This document shows, one piece after another, positions 8,959 through 17,819 of a DNA stretch of 47,210 nt. Source of the DNA: Gemmatimonadota bacterium. Lineage in GTDB: Bacteria > Gemmatimonadota > Gemmatimonadetes > Gemmatimonadales > GWC2-71-9. How positions within the stretch are numbered: position 1 is the first letter of the stretch; every line of letters begins with the position of its first letter. A model generated the notes under the pieces. That model saw nothing but the letters and a program-made list of their open reading frames with translations, was not told the DNA's origin and made no database searches. A program made the translations under genes and the position numbers. The stretch lies in assembly GCA_036679605.1 (NCBI GenBank), contig JAZDCZ010000237.1, forward strand, positions 1 to 47,210. The letters run 5' to 3'.

Positions 8959-9396
8959 CTACCGGGCTGCCGTGCAGTACTGGTCGAACGCGGCCTGGAG
9001 ATTCACGGCGATCGCCTCCGCCGGCCGGCCCTCGATGTCCTGTCGCTCGAGCAGGTGCACCAGCTTGCCGTCCTCGAAGAGCCCGATCTGCGGTGACGAA
9101 GACGGATAGCCCACGAAATAGCTCCGGGCGCGCTCCACGGCGTCGGTCTCCATGCCGGCAAATACGGTAGTAAGTCGCTCAGGACGGGGGGTGCGCTCCA
9201 GGGCGAGCCGAACCCCAGGACGCGCTGCTCCCGCTGCGCAGCCGCACACCGAGTTCACCACCAGGAGCACGGTGCCATCGGCAGCCGAGAGGACCTCGTC
9301 CACGGCTTCGGGCGTCAGCAGTTCCTCGAAGCCTACCTGCGTGAGCTCGTCACGCATCGGCTGAACCATGGCTGGATCGTATCGAAACGTCTTCAT
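8959..9396 (-). CDS. BrxA/BrxB-family bacilliredoxin (YphP/DUF1094)
   Basis: MVQPMRDELT, VNSVCGCAAGAARPG, TVFAG and SSPQIGLF…ERQDIEGR motifs. Confidence 0.92.
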   Translation of the reverse strand: MKTFRYDPAMVQPMRDELTQVGFEELLTPEAVDEVLSAADGTVLLVVNSVCGCAAGAARPGVRLALERTPRPERLTTVFAGMETDAVERARSYFVGYPSSSPQIGLFEDGKLVHLLERQDIEGRPAEAIAVNLQAAFDQYCTAAR

Positions 9397-9682
9397 GCTT
9401 GACCTCCCTATCTAGTTCGCGCCCGCAGGTCTTTGGGAGCTTCTGACTGCGAGTCCCCTCCGGTCAATCACCACTGTCCCCGGACTGTGTCCGGCAACGG
9501 AGGAACAACCAGGTCCTGACAGCATCCTACTCCGCGGCCCGACTCAGGCGATGCGGCAAAACGTAGCCCTTGCGGTCTCTGCATTCAGCGCCTTGGGGGC
9601 TAAGCCCGAGCTTCCGCTACCCCGCGTGCCCCGTCGACGATGATCTTGCCCTCGGCGATGATCGCGGAGGATAGCGACGGGT

Positions 9683-10309
9683 TCATGGCGGGAGCTTTCC
9701 GCTTAAGGCGCGCTTCATGGCCGAGCCCTTGCCTGGCTGAAAGTTGATGCAGATCAGCGCTAGCTCGTTCTCTTCAAGCAGTTCGCCGAAAAAGGCGCAT
9801 TTAAGACGGGGTTTTCGTTCGGGCCAGCAATGTTCTAGTTCCAGGTGCGCGCAGGATGTGCATACGCCGAACGGTCGCTCGCGGCGTTCTTGCACCAGGT
9901 GACCAAGTAATCGCTCAAGGCCGGTGGCCAAATGGCCGCGGGCGCCCGAGGGCAACGCACAGGCAGCGCGCACGAGAGCCTCGCAGGGGTCGCGAGAGAG
10001 AATGGCCCTCGCGTTGTCAGTCACCTCCAGGCGCACGCTGCGTCCGTCGTCTGGCGACCGTGTTCGATTGAGATAGCTCCGGGCCACCAGGCCCTTGATC
10101 GTCTGCGATGCCGTGCCCCGGGTCGTGGCATGGAACTCCGCGAACGCCGACACTGTGCGCGAGAACCGGTTGGCCCGCGACAGGTATCGCAGTGCACTCC
10201 ACTGGGCTGCCGTGAGCCCTTCAGTGAAACCACAGCCATGGGCGATTCGCCCGAGCTGAACTACCAGCTCAGCGATGGCCCGTGGGCTTATTTCGAGTCC
10301 TTTGCTCAT
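9683..10309 (-). CDS. MarR-family regulator with a Cys-rich C-terminal extension
   Basis: LTAAQWSALRYL…TASQTIKGL…DGRSVRLEVT winged HTH; C-terminal FGVCTSCAH…C…KCAFF…ICIN. Confidence 0.88.
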   Translation of the reverse strand: MSKGLEISPRAIAELVVQLGRIAHGCGFTEGLTAAQWSALRYLSRANRFSRTVSAFAEFHATTRGTASQTIKGLVARSYLNRTRSPDDGRSVRLEVTDNARAILSRDPCEALVRAACALPSGARGHLATGLERLLGHLVQERRERPFGVCTSCAHLELEHCWPERKPRLKCAFFGELLEENELALICINFQPGKGSAMKRALSGKLPP

Positions 10310-10313
10310 GCTG

Positions 10314-10383
10314 ATATAGTAGCGTTTCCAAACTAATGTGACAAGCCTGCCCTGGAAAATATAGTTTGATTACGCTACTATAT
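10314..10383. promoter_or_regulatory. Pair of inverted 22-bp operator boxes between marR and the ferredoxin genes
   Basis: ATATAGTAGCGTTTCCAAACTA (10314-10335) matches the reverse complement of 10362-10383 (ATATAGTAGCGTAATCAAACTA) at 19/22 positions. Confidence 0.7.
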
Positions 10384-10527
10384 TGGTCAGCGGGTTGGCA
10401 GACGATGGGGCAAGAATGTGGCTTGGCCGTAGCGCCTATCGTGGCGTCGAAATCCTTTGTGCGGACCGCGCAGCGTACTCCGGACACGACGATCGAGCAG
10501 TACTGTTAAAGAAGGAGGTTTGATCTG

Positions 10528-10839
10528 ATGGGTAACCTGATCACAGTCGCGACGCTGAGCGATCTGCCGCCTGGGGCGTGCCGTCGTGTTGGTGTGGGGG
10601 GCTTGGAGGTGGCCATCTTCAACGTGGATGGGACGATTCATGCGATCGGGGGGGCATGCACGCATCGGGGTGGATCTCTGGGGGAGGGCGAGCTAGATGG
10701 AACAGTCGTCACCTGTCCATTGCACGGTGCCCAGTTCGATGTGACAACGGGGCAAGTTGTGGGCCCACCGGCCAGGGAGAGCGTTCCTGCCTACAACGTG
10801 GTTGTCGAAGGCGAGGAGATCCGAGTTGACGTGCCGTAG
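10528..10839 (+). CDS. Rieske-type [2Fe-2S] ferredoxin
   Basis: CTHRGG…CPLHGAQFD Rieske motifs; AAGGAGG RBS. Confidence 0.95.
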   Translation: MGNLITVATLSDLPPGACRRVGVGGLEVAIFNVDGTIHAIGGACTHRGGSLGEGELDGTVVTCPLHGAQFDVTTGQVVGPPARESVPAYNVVVEGEEIRVDVP

Positions 10840-10870
10840 AGTGCTTCTCCGCTTCTGGTGCTGAGAAACG

Positions 10871-11143
10871 ATGACCTACATCATCGCCGAGCCATGCATC
10901 GACGTTCTGGATCGAGGGTGCGTCGATGTGTGTCCAGTGGACTGCATCTACGAAGGGCCAGACCAGCTTTACATCCACCCCGACGAGTGCATTGACTGTG
11001 GGGCGTGTGAGCCGGAGTGCCCCGTGACCGCGATCTTTCTCGAAGATGATGTACCCAAAGAGTGGGCTAGCTACACCAGGGAAAACTATGCCTACTTCAA
11101 AGGGGGCGAAGAAAGAGAAGTGGCGCGCGGGCGTGGAGGGTAG
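10871..11143 (+). CDS. Dicluster (FdxA-like) 3Fe/4Fe-4S ferredoxin
   Basis: [26 protein letters not shown]…[12 protein letters not shown]. Confidence 0.95.
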   Translation: MTYIIAEPCIDVLDRGCVDVCPVDCIYEGPDQLYIHPDECIDCGACEPECPVTAIFLEDDVPKEWASYTRENYAYFKGGEEREVARGRGG

Positions 11144-11303
11144 GCACCGAGTGCAACTGGTCTGCGGGCACGGGCGCGGAACGAACGTTCATGACCGGCA
11201 CGTACACATTGAGACACCGTCCTGCGACCTGCAGTGGAAAGCCGTACGCACACCCAGGGACAGCGCATCCCTTTGAGTGGACAATCGCACCTGGAGATGC
11301 CCC

Positions 11304-11719
11304 GCCCTCGGCATCGTGATGAACGAATATCAAGAGACCTTCGCACGGGGAGACTTTCTGATCTCGAGCGTAATTGGGGCCCGACGGGATGTGGATCGCT
11401 GGCGATCAGGAACCGCGCGCGCGTCGGTCAGACGGTGCAGTTCCACGTCCGTGACGCCGTCACGGACGACGAGGATTTGGTTCGGCTGCTGGAGCACGAT
11501 CGGACTACGAACTTGAATCCACCGCGAGGAGCGTTGCTCTTCAGTTCCAATGGTCGTGGCACCAGGCTGTTCCCTGAGCCGAATCACGATGCCGGGACTA
11601 TCCAGGACAAGATTGGACCGATCCCGTTGGCCGGCTTTTTCGCTCAAGGGGAACTCGGCCCGGTCGGCGGGAAAACCTACGTTCACGGATTCACCGCGAT
11701 CGTAGCCCTCTTTGAGTAA
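11304..11719 (+). pseudogene. FIST C-terminal domain remnant (truncated, frameshifted)
   Basis: LGIVMNEYQETFARGDFLIS-SVIG in one frame continues as GSLAI…VGQTVQFHVRDA…GALLFSSNGRG…GFFAQGELGPVGG in another; the N-terminal domain is absent. Confidence 0.8.
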
Positions 11720-11790
11720 GTTTTATAGAATCACCGCGACAGCGGTCAGAGTCTGCAGTGGTCCTTCCTCATGGGCGAAGGGAGCTCGCC

Positions 11791-12090
11791 GTGATAGTGG
11801 ACAAGGTCGTTCGAACCGAGCGATTGGAACTGGTTGATCACCGAGGGCACGTGCGAGCAGTGCTCGCATGTGAGGAAGACTCCGGGCTTCCGTCGTTTGC
11901 GTTTCTGGACGCCGAGGGCCAAACTCGAGTCATCGTCGGGCTCTCCTGGAACGAGGTACCCCAGATTCAGCTTACCGCACCGGACGGTACGGCTCGCGTT
12001 GCCCTCGTCGTGCGACCGGAGGGGATGGGGATGGTGGTTCTGACGGACGATCAACAGCGCTCAACGACGATCACACCAAGCGACACATAG
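11791..12090 (+). CDS. Hypothetical protein
   Basis: GAAGGGAG RBS before GTG 11791; VRTERLELVD.RG.VRAVL and repeated D..G..R beta motifs. Confidence 0.6.
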   Translation: MIVDKVVRTERLELVDHRGHVRAVLACEEDSGLPSFAFLDAEGQTRVIVGLSWNEVPQIQLTAPDGTARVALVVRPEGMGMVVLTDDQQRSTTITPSDT

Positions 12091-12254
12091 GACCCGGATC
12101 TGTGCCCGCATTCCTGCGATACATGAGGATTCCTGTGAAGGTACGGGTGCGGTGTTGGATCTGACACGGCGGGCGGATGGAAGGATAGAAAAACCCTGCA
12201 ACCTGCCTGAAAGCTGGCCTCGCCGACCGCAAACCCAATGGAGAGTAACCGACA

Positions 12255-12632
12255 ATGATCACCGCCATGAACCGGATCTATGTGGTGCCGGAATACGCCG
12301 AGCAGTTCGAGCAGCGCTTCCGGACACGGGCGCGGCTGGTGGACGGGATGCCCGGGTTTATCTGGAACAAGGTGCTGCGCCCAGTCAATCCGGGAGACCC
12401 ATACATCGTCTTGACGCTGTGGGAATCCCGAGCCGCCTTCGATGCGTGGGTAAAGTCGGACGAATTCGTGAAAGGGCATGCACGGTCCGGCACGCTTCCG
12501 CAAGAAGCGTTTATACAGCCGAACCAGCTCGAGTTGCACGAGGTCTTCATGGACTCGAGCCAACCGGATCTGGAGACGGAGCCACGCGGCAAGCCAGTTG
12601 CCTTTCACGAGACGCAGGATGGCGAGCGCTGA
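12255..12632 (+). CDS. ABM-family monooxygenase, IsdG/MhuD-like (possible heme-degrading)
   Basis: MITAMNRIYV…FEQRF…MPGF…YIVLTLWESRAAFDAWVKSDEFVKGH retains the Asn/Trp/His pattern. Confidence 0.85.
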   Translation: MITAMNRIYVVPEYAEQFEQRFRTRARLVDGMPGFIWNKVLRPVNPGDPYIVLTLWESRAAFDAWVKSDEFVKGHARSGTLPQEAFIQPNQLELHEVFMDSSQPDLETEPRGKPVAFHETQDGER

Positions 12633-12673
12633 GGTGGCAGCGGGTGCGACTTGCCCGATTGTGGTCGAGAACT

Positions 12674-12708
12674 TCTTCGAGGAATTGAAGGCGAAGGTGG
12701 GGAACTAA
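12674..12708 (+). repeat. 35-bp direct repeat, copy 2
   Basis: TCTTCGAGGAATTGAAGGCGAAGGTGGGGAACTAA; with upstream bases it translates as IVVENFFEELKAKVGN*. Confidence 0.85.
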
Positions 12709-12907
12709 GGCATCTGCAATTGATGCGAAGGAAGGGGCCAAGTCTTGGCGGACCGCGCATCGCTCCGGCGGCAGTGTGCGACGGCGGCACAGCAGTTGAC
12801 TTCGCCAGGCAGGACATGGGCACTAGGAGGCTTGTGATGATCGGGGGTGGCTGCGATAGGGTTTCGTTAGGGTTATCGCCTCCCCTTCCGGATGCGCTAA
12901 GTTGAAG

Positions 12908-12925
12908 TGGGCCCTCTAGGATTTG
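12908..12925 (-). repeat. Duplicate of the tRNA-Ile2 3' end (att-like)
   Basis: TGGGCCCTCTAGGATTTG versus TGGGCCCTGTAGGATTTG at 13027-13044, 17/18 identical. Confidence 0.7.
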
Positions 12926-13026
12926 GACGGGAAAGCGTGCAGGCTGCGTGCGCGCAAGCGGACGCAGGTGCACGCGACCGCAAAGCCACAGGGCACATGA
13001 GGCGGCGCCATACGGCGCCGCCGACA

Positions 13027-13100
<74 letters not shown>

Positions 13101-13115
13101 CGGAGGCATGAGAAT

Positions 13116-13973
13116 ATGACCCTGCGCCGAACACAATTCAACTGGCTGTGGATTCTATTAGTGCTCATAGCGCTCACCTTCCTGTGCGCCGGGGACGCTC
13201 ATGCGCAGCAATGCGACGGCGTGAACGTTGGATGGGCCGCCGCCATCACGGGGACCTATGTCGTAACCGAGGCCACTGTGATCGCCCTCAAACAGAACGA
13301 CTGGTGGTTCACCCCGACCCGCAGCTTCAACGTCACTTGGGATGCGAGCGCCAACTCGGGACAGGACCGTCTACTCCACTTCGCGTTGGCTTACCATACC
13401 GCACAGATCGGAACTCTGGCTTGGCAGTGGGCCTGCGTACCCAGCACTACCGCCGCATGGCTTGGCGCCGCTCTCGGAGTGGCAATCGCGCTCCCCAAAG
13501 AAATCGGCGACGGCATGCATCAACAAAAGGGCTTCTCCGGCCCCGACATGCTGGCGACAGTGGCCGGTGCCACGCTGCCTGCCCTGCACCGCACGGTCCC
13601 GTTCACGAGGGTAGCGACACTGAAGGTCAATTACTGGCCGTCCGATGAGTACCGAGATCGACCGGCGGGTGTACCGCAACTCGAGAACGACTACGCGGGT
13701 CAACGGTTCTACGCGGCCATCGTGCCCGGCGAACTCCCGGGTGGTGCCGGTCCGTGGCCTGACTGGCTGGGTATGGCAGTGGGGCACAGCGTACCCTATT
13801 GGGTTTCACGACCACCAATCAACGAGTGGTTCGTTACACTGGATCTGAACGCCAAGGGACTGCCGATCAAAGCCCCGTGGTGGCACAAGTTCGCCATCGT
13901 CGTCGACCAATTTCACATCCCGCTACCTGGCATCCGAATCAAGGACGGCGATTTGACGTTCGGGCTGTTCTAG
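13116..13973 (+). CDS. Secreted/outer-membrane protein, YfiM/DUF2279-like
   Basis: Signal peptide (AHA-Q); QDRLLHF, KEIGDG, GFSGPDMLA and NDYAGQRFY motifs; C-terminal Phe. Confidence 0.6.
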   Translation: MTLRRTQFNWLWILLVLIALTFLCAGDAHAQQCDGVNVGWAAAITGTYVVTEATVIALKQNDWWFTPTRSFNVTWDASANSGQDRLLHFALAYHTAQIGTLAWQWACVPSTTAAWLGAALGVAIALPKEIGDGMHQQKGFSGPDMLATVAGATLPALHRTVPFTRVATLKVNYWPSDEYRDRPAGVPQLENDYAGQRFYAAIVPGELPGGAGPWPDWLGMAVGHSVPYWVSRPPINEWFVTLDLNAKGLPIKAPWWHKFAIVVDQFHIPLPGIRIKDGDLTFGLF

Positions 13974-14118
13974 CACGCGGGGATCGCGGAGCATGCCGTT
14001 GGTGTCCCGTAGCGCGCGTCGGTGAGCGGTGGAACCACTTGGGATGTCCGGCCTCTGCGAGCGAACCGCAGCGCGTGGAGGGCCAGTGACGTGCATGCGA
14101 AGCGAGGCCGAGCGCACA

Positions 14119-15246
14119 TCACCCGGCCACCAACTCCCGACACAACTCCAAATGAGCATCCACCATACGATCCAACGTAAACCGATCTTCCACCCTCACT
14201 CGACCAGCCGCACCCATCCGGCCGCGTAAATCCCGGTCGCCGGCCAAGCGCTCCATCGCAATCCTCAACTCGCCGATATCGCCCGGAGCAACTTCCAACC
14301 CCGTCACATCCTTTTCGTTTACCTCGCGCACGCCGGTGGCTAACGCAGTCGAGATGACGGGCTTGCCACACGCCATAGCCTCGATCAGCGAGATCCCGAA
14401 CATTTCGGCGGGAGTCTTGCTCGGCAGCACGAAGTAGTCAGCCGCGGCGTAATACGACGGCAGATCTGCATCTATCACTGGACCGGACATCAACACCTGC
14501 TTCGTGACCCCCAGGTCACATCGCCGGCTCTCTAACTGCTCGCGCAACGGACCATCGCCAACTACGACAACTGTGAGATCGGTGCCGGCAACAGCGCGGA
14601 GCAACACGTCTAGCCCCTTGTACCCAACGAGCCTCCCAACGAACAGCCCTACAGGACCCTCAGACTGCGGCGGGAATACGCGCGGTCGCACTACGTCGAG
14701 CCCCGGTGCAAACCGCTCGGCATCGACCCCGTAGGGGATTACTCTAGCCTTCTCTCTACCGTTTGCCCCCAGGTCTTCCGCATGTCTCAGATGCGCACGC
14801 GTCGCCACGACCGTCGCTGCCGCAGCACCGGCCACCTTACGTGCCAACGGACCGTACATCGCGCGGACCGCTCGCTGGCGCTGAACGTCTGAATGATGAA
14901 ACACGACCGTCGGACGGCGCCGGCCCAGCAACACAGCTATATCGGCAAGCGGATGAGGCCGGTGTACGTAGACGACGTCGGCCGGACACCGCGCTGCTCT
15001 GACATATCCGCGCACCAGCGGCTGCGACCAGAGCACACCGTGGGTCGGGAGTCTGACTACCTCCACGCCGTGCGGTCCGGCTTCGGCAGTGAAGGACCCA
15101 CGCCTGCCCTGCCAACTCGAACCAGTCGCACAGATCACGCGCACCTGGTGGCCGCACGCCGCCACACCCTCGGCAACTGTGGCCACGGCGTGTTCCAGTC
15201 CACCGGGATCCGGCGGATAGAACTTGCTGAGGTGGAGAATTCTCAA
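14119..15246 (-). CDS. GT4 glycosyltransferase
   Basis: HLSKFYPPDPGGLE, FVGRLVGYKG and EMFGISLIEAMACGKPVI motifs. Confidence 0.93.
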   Translation of the reverse strand: MRILHLSKFYPPDPGGLEHAVATVAEGVAACGHQVRVICATGSSWQGRRGSFTAEAGPHGVEVVRLPTHGVLWSQPLVRGYVRAARCPADVVYVHRPHPLADIAVLLGRRRPTVVFHHSDVQRQRAVRAMYGPLARKVAGAAAATVVATRAHLRHAEDLGANGREKARVIPYGVDAERFAPGLDVVRPRVFPPQSEGPVGLFVGRLVGYKGLDVLLRAVAGTDLTVVVVGDGPLREQLESRRCDLGVTKQVLMSGPVIDADLPSYYAAADYFVLPSKTPAEMFGISLIEAMACGKPVISTALATGVREVNEKDVTGLEVAPGDIGELRIAMERLAGDRDLRGRMGAAGRVRVEDRFTLDRMVDAHLELCRELVAG

Positions 15247-16709
15247 CTGGTGAAGATCGTATTGACGTCGATGCGCGCGGCCGACCGCGCCAGCGCAGGC
15301 TGCGCGAGTTCAAGCAAGAGATTGAGATCGAGCAACAGCGATTTCTTACCGAGTCTTCTTCTCAGGTGAAGCTCTCCGACCCAACCCGCACCCTCGAAGG
15401 GACACACCACCGCCCACGTGTCAGGATGTCGCTCGGGCCGGCCCTCCACAAAGTGGCCGTCGGACAGCCACCACGTCAGCGCGTTGCCCCGCCGCTCACC
15501 GGCCTTGGCCGCTATGAGCAGCACGTCATCGAACTCCGACCGCTCGAGCATAATCTCGAGACCCTGCTTCAATTCGTCCAACGAATCGGCGTCGTTCAGT
15601 ACCTCAACCGCTCTGCGGAGCCCCACATTCACACCGATAGCCTTCGCCTGAACGGCCCCGCGGCGGGCCAGTCTGCCAAGTTCGTTGAGTTCGTGCAGAC
15701 GGAGAAAGCGAGCCATTATCCAGACTCCGCCTCCAATCACGATAAGAGCCACGGCGTAGGATCGTACTCCGGGATTCAGAAATAGCATCGCGGCAGCAGC
15801 AAAGGCCACGCTTGCCAAGTACATGACGCCCAGTACCTGCCGGACGGAAAGTCCCGCTCGCAACAGTTGATGGTGCACGTGCTCACTATCCCGAGAGAAC
15901 AGAGGCTGGCCTCGCACCATTCGCCGGAAGAGTGTTATCGTGGTATCGAACACCGGGACACCGAAAGCGAGAACGGGAACCGCTATCACCAACAGAGTCG
16001 GACCCTTGGTCGCCCCCTCGACGGCTAGTCCCGCCAAAAGGAACCCGGTGAGCAAGCTGCCGGAATCACCCAGATACGCGCGTGCCGGAGGGAAGTTGAA
16101 CGGGAGAAAGCCAAGCAGAGAACCTGCGAGCGCCGCCGCCACCAAGCCAATGGCGGGATGACCCAGCATCACAGACATTATGAAAATAGCGGCGGACGCA
16201 AAAAACGCGGAACCCGTAGCGACGCCATCGACGCCGTCCAGCAAATTGAATGCGTTGGCTATGCCCACCAGCCAGATGACCGTCACCGCTCCACCGGTAA
16301 TACCGCCCAGTTCCAGACCGCCGAGAGGAAACGAAACGAGTTGGATTTTGAGGCCGAGCAGATACGTGCCGGCAGCAATGAGTATCTGAAGTGCGAATTT
16401 AACACGAGCGGAGAGCGGGTGGATGTCGTCGATAGTGCCTAGGATCAGTATCGCTCCGGCCCCTAACAATACCGGACCAATCGTCTCCGATTTGCCGAGT
16501 AGTGTGCTGCCCGTCGGGCTAAATACGAACCCGACCAGCAGGAGCGAGGTCGCACATGCCAGAGCCAAAGCCCAGCCGCCAACTCGAGGAATCGGCGGGT
16601 CAACAGTGTTGTCTAGTGCACCTACTCTCGCCCCGATCAACATGAGGACCGGCACGAACAACGCGGTAGCTACCGCGGCGATTACCAGGACTAGAAGATA
16701 TGAACCCAT
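15243..16709 (-). CDS. WecA/TagO-like undecaprenyl-phosphate HexNAc-1-P transferase (MraY family) with a C-terminal soluble extension
   Basis: PRVGG, GTIDDI, NAFNLLDGVDG, YLGDSGS and HVHH motifs. Confidence 0.9.
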   Translation of the reverse strand: MGSYLLVLVIAAVATALFVPVLMLIGARVGALDNTVDPPIPRVGGWALALACATSLLLVGFVFSPTGSTLLGKSETIGPVLLGAGAILILGTIDDIHPLSARVKFALQILIAAGTYLLGLKIQLVSFPLGGLELGGITGGAVTVIWLVGIANAFNLLDGVDGVATGSAFFASAAIFIMSVMLGHPAIGLVAAALAGSLLGFLPFNFPPARAYLGDSGSLLTGFLLAGLAVEGATKGPTLLVIAVPVLAFGVPVFDTTITLFRRMVRGQPLFSRDSEHVHHQLLRAGLSVRQVLGVMYLASVAFAAAAMLFLNPGVRSYAVALIVIGGGVWIMARFLRLHELNELGRLARRGAVQAKAIGVNVGLRRAVEVLNDADSLDELKQGLEIMLERSEFDDVLLIAAKAGERRGNALTWWLSDGHFVEGRPERHPDTWAVVCPFEGAGWVGELHLRRRLGKKSLLLDLNLLLELAQPALARSAARIDVNTIFTS

Positions 16710-16808
16710 GGCGACCCGTCATACTCTGCGAAAAGTGTTTCAATTGTCAACCGTCAGGCGTGGAGATAGCTGCAACGCACGCTCCCAATCGACTCGAGAT
16801 CGCACGCT

Positions 16809-17819
16809 GTGAAGTCGATCGCGATTCTTTCTCCTGGCTTCCCGGACCAGCCCGGTGGTGTCACCGATCACACCACAAGACTTAAAACCAGTTGGGCCGC
16901 CGCCGGACATCGGGTACGGGCTATCGGCCGGCTCGACACTTCCGCGGAGCAGATCACCCAGGAATTGAAGCGGGACGGCACCGCGGCCCTGCTCATCCAA
17001 TACGTTCCGTTTCTGTATGGCCGCCGTGGTGTGTCATCGTTTCCCAAGCGGCTGGCCCGTTGTGCCACAGCATCCGGCATCCGTGTCACTACGTTCGTAC
17101 ACGAGCCGTGGGTACCTCTTACACGATTGCATTGGCTAGTGCTGTCACCGATTCAGCGCCTACAGTTGCGCGGGCTGGCCCGGGCTTGTAACGCGGTAGT
17201 AACGGCCGTGCCGGCGTGGAAAAGGATGCTCGACGCCGATGAACTCGTATACGTCGGCTCGACTCTCGGTGAGCCACCGAGCCCCGACGATGACGACGCT
17301 CCGGTCGATGCGCCTCTGGTGTTCTCGCCGTTCGCGGCGGGGCTCAATTGGGAGTGGATCGCGGCAGCAGTCGCGGCCATCGGTCTGGATCTCGTGGTAA
17401 TCGGCGCTAGCGCGGCTGAAGCGCGCGGGCACTCGGTGGTGAAAAAGTATGCCCGGAGATCGTGGGACTACATGGGCCGGTTATCAGCAGACGACGCCCT
17501 GAGCGAATTGACGCGCGCCCGACTTGTGCTGGCACCCTTCGTAGACGGACTAACGGCACGACGAACGTCGGCGATGGCTGCGCTCAGTGCCGGTGCCTGC
17601 CTACTCTCCAACACAGGCCCGTTATTCGATTCGATGTTTCACGACAGTCCCGTAAACGTCGCCGCCACCAAGACTCAGTTCGTTGAGTCCGCCAAGAGAA
17701 TATGGACGACGGAAGACACGCCCGCTCAGCGCGACAAGCGCCTGGACTGGTATCGCCGACATCTCGATCCGAAAGTGCTCGACGAACGACTGCTCGCTTT
17801 GGTGCTTGGAGACGCATGA
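16809..17819 (+). CDS. GT-B fold glycosyltransferase
   Basis: PGGVTDHT, IQYVPFLY, FVHEPW and PFVDGLTARRTSAMAAL motifs. Confidence 0.75.
   Translation: MKSIAILSPGFPDQPGGVTDHTTRLKTSWAAAGHRVRAIGRLDTSAEQITQELKRDGTAALLIQYVPFLYGRRGVSSFPKRLARCATASGIRVTTFVHEPWVPLTRLHWLVLSPIQRLQLRGLARACNAVVTAVPAWKRMLDADELVYVGSTLGEPPSPDDDDAPVDAPLVFSPFAAGLNWEWIAAAVAAIGLDLVVIGASAAEARGHSVVKKYARRSWDYMGRLSADDALSELTRARLVLAPFVDGLTARRTSAMAALSAGACLLSNTGPLFDSMFHDSPVNVAATKTQFVESAKRIWTTEDTPAQRDKRLDWYRRHLDPKVLDERLLALVLGDA

Noticed and set aside
9620..9665. Minus-strand snippet IIAEGKIIVDG resembling an ABC ATPase tail
   Set aside because: It is too short to support a call.
12123..12188. Mini-ORF MRIPVKVRVRCWI-TGA-HGG with a CxxU-like pattern
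   Set aside because: It has only 21 codons, no RBS and no clear SECIS; likely chance.
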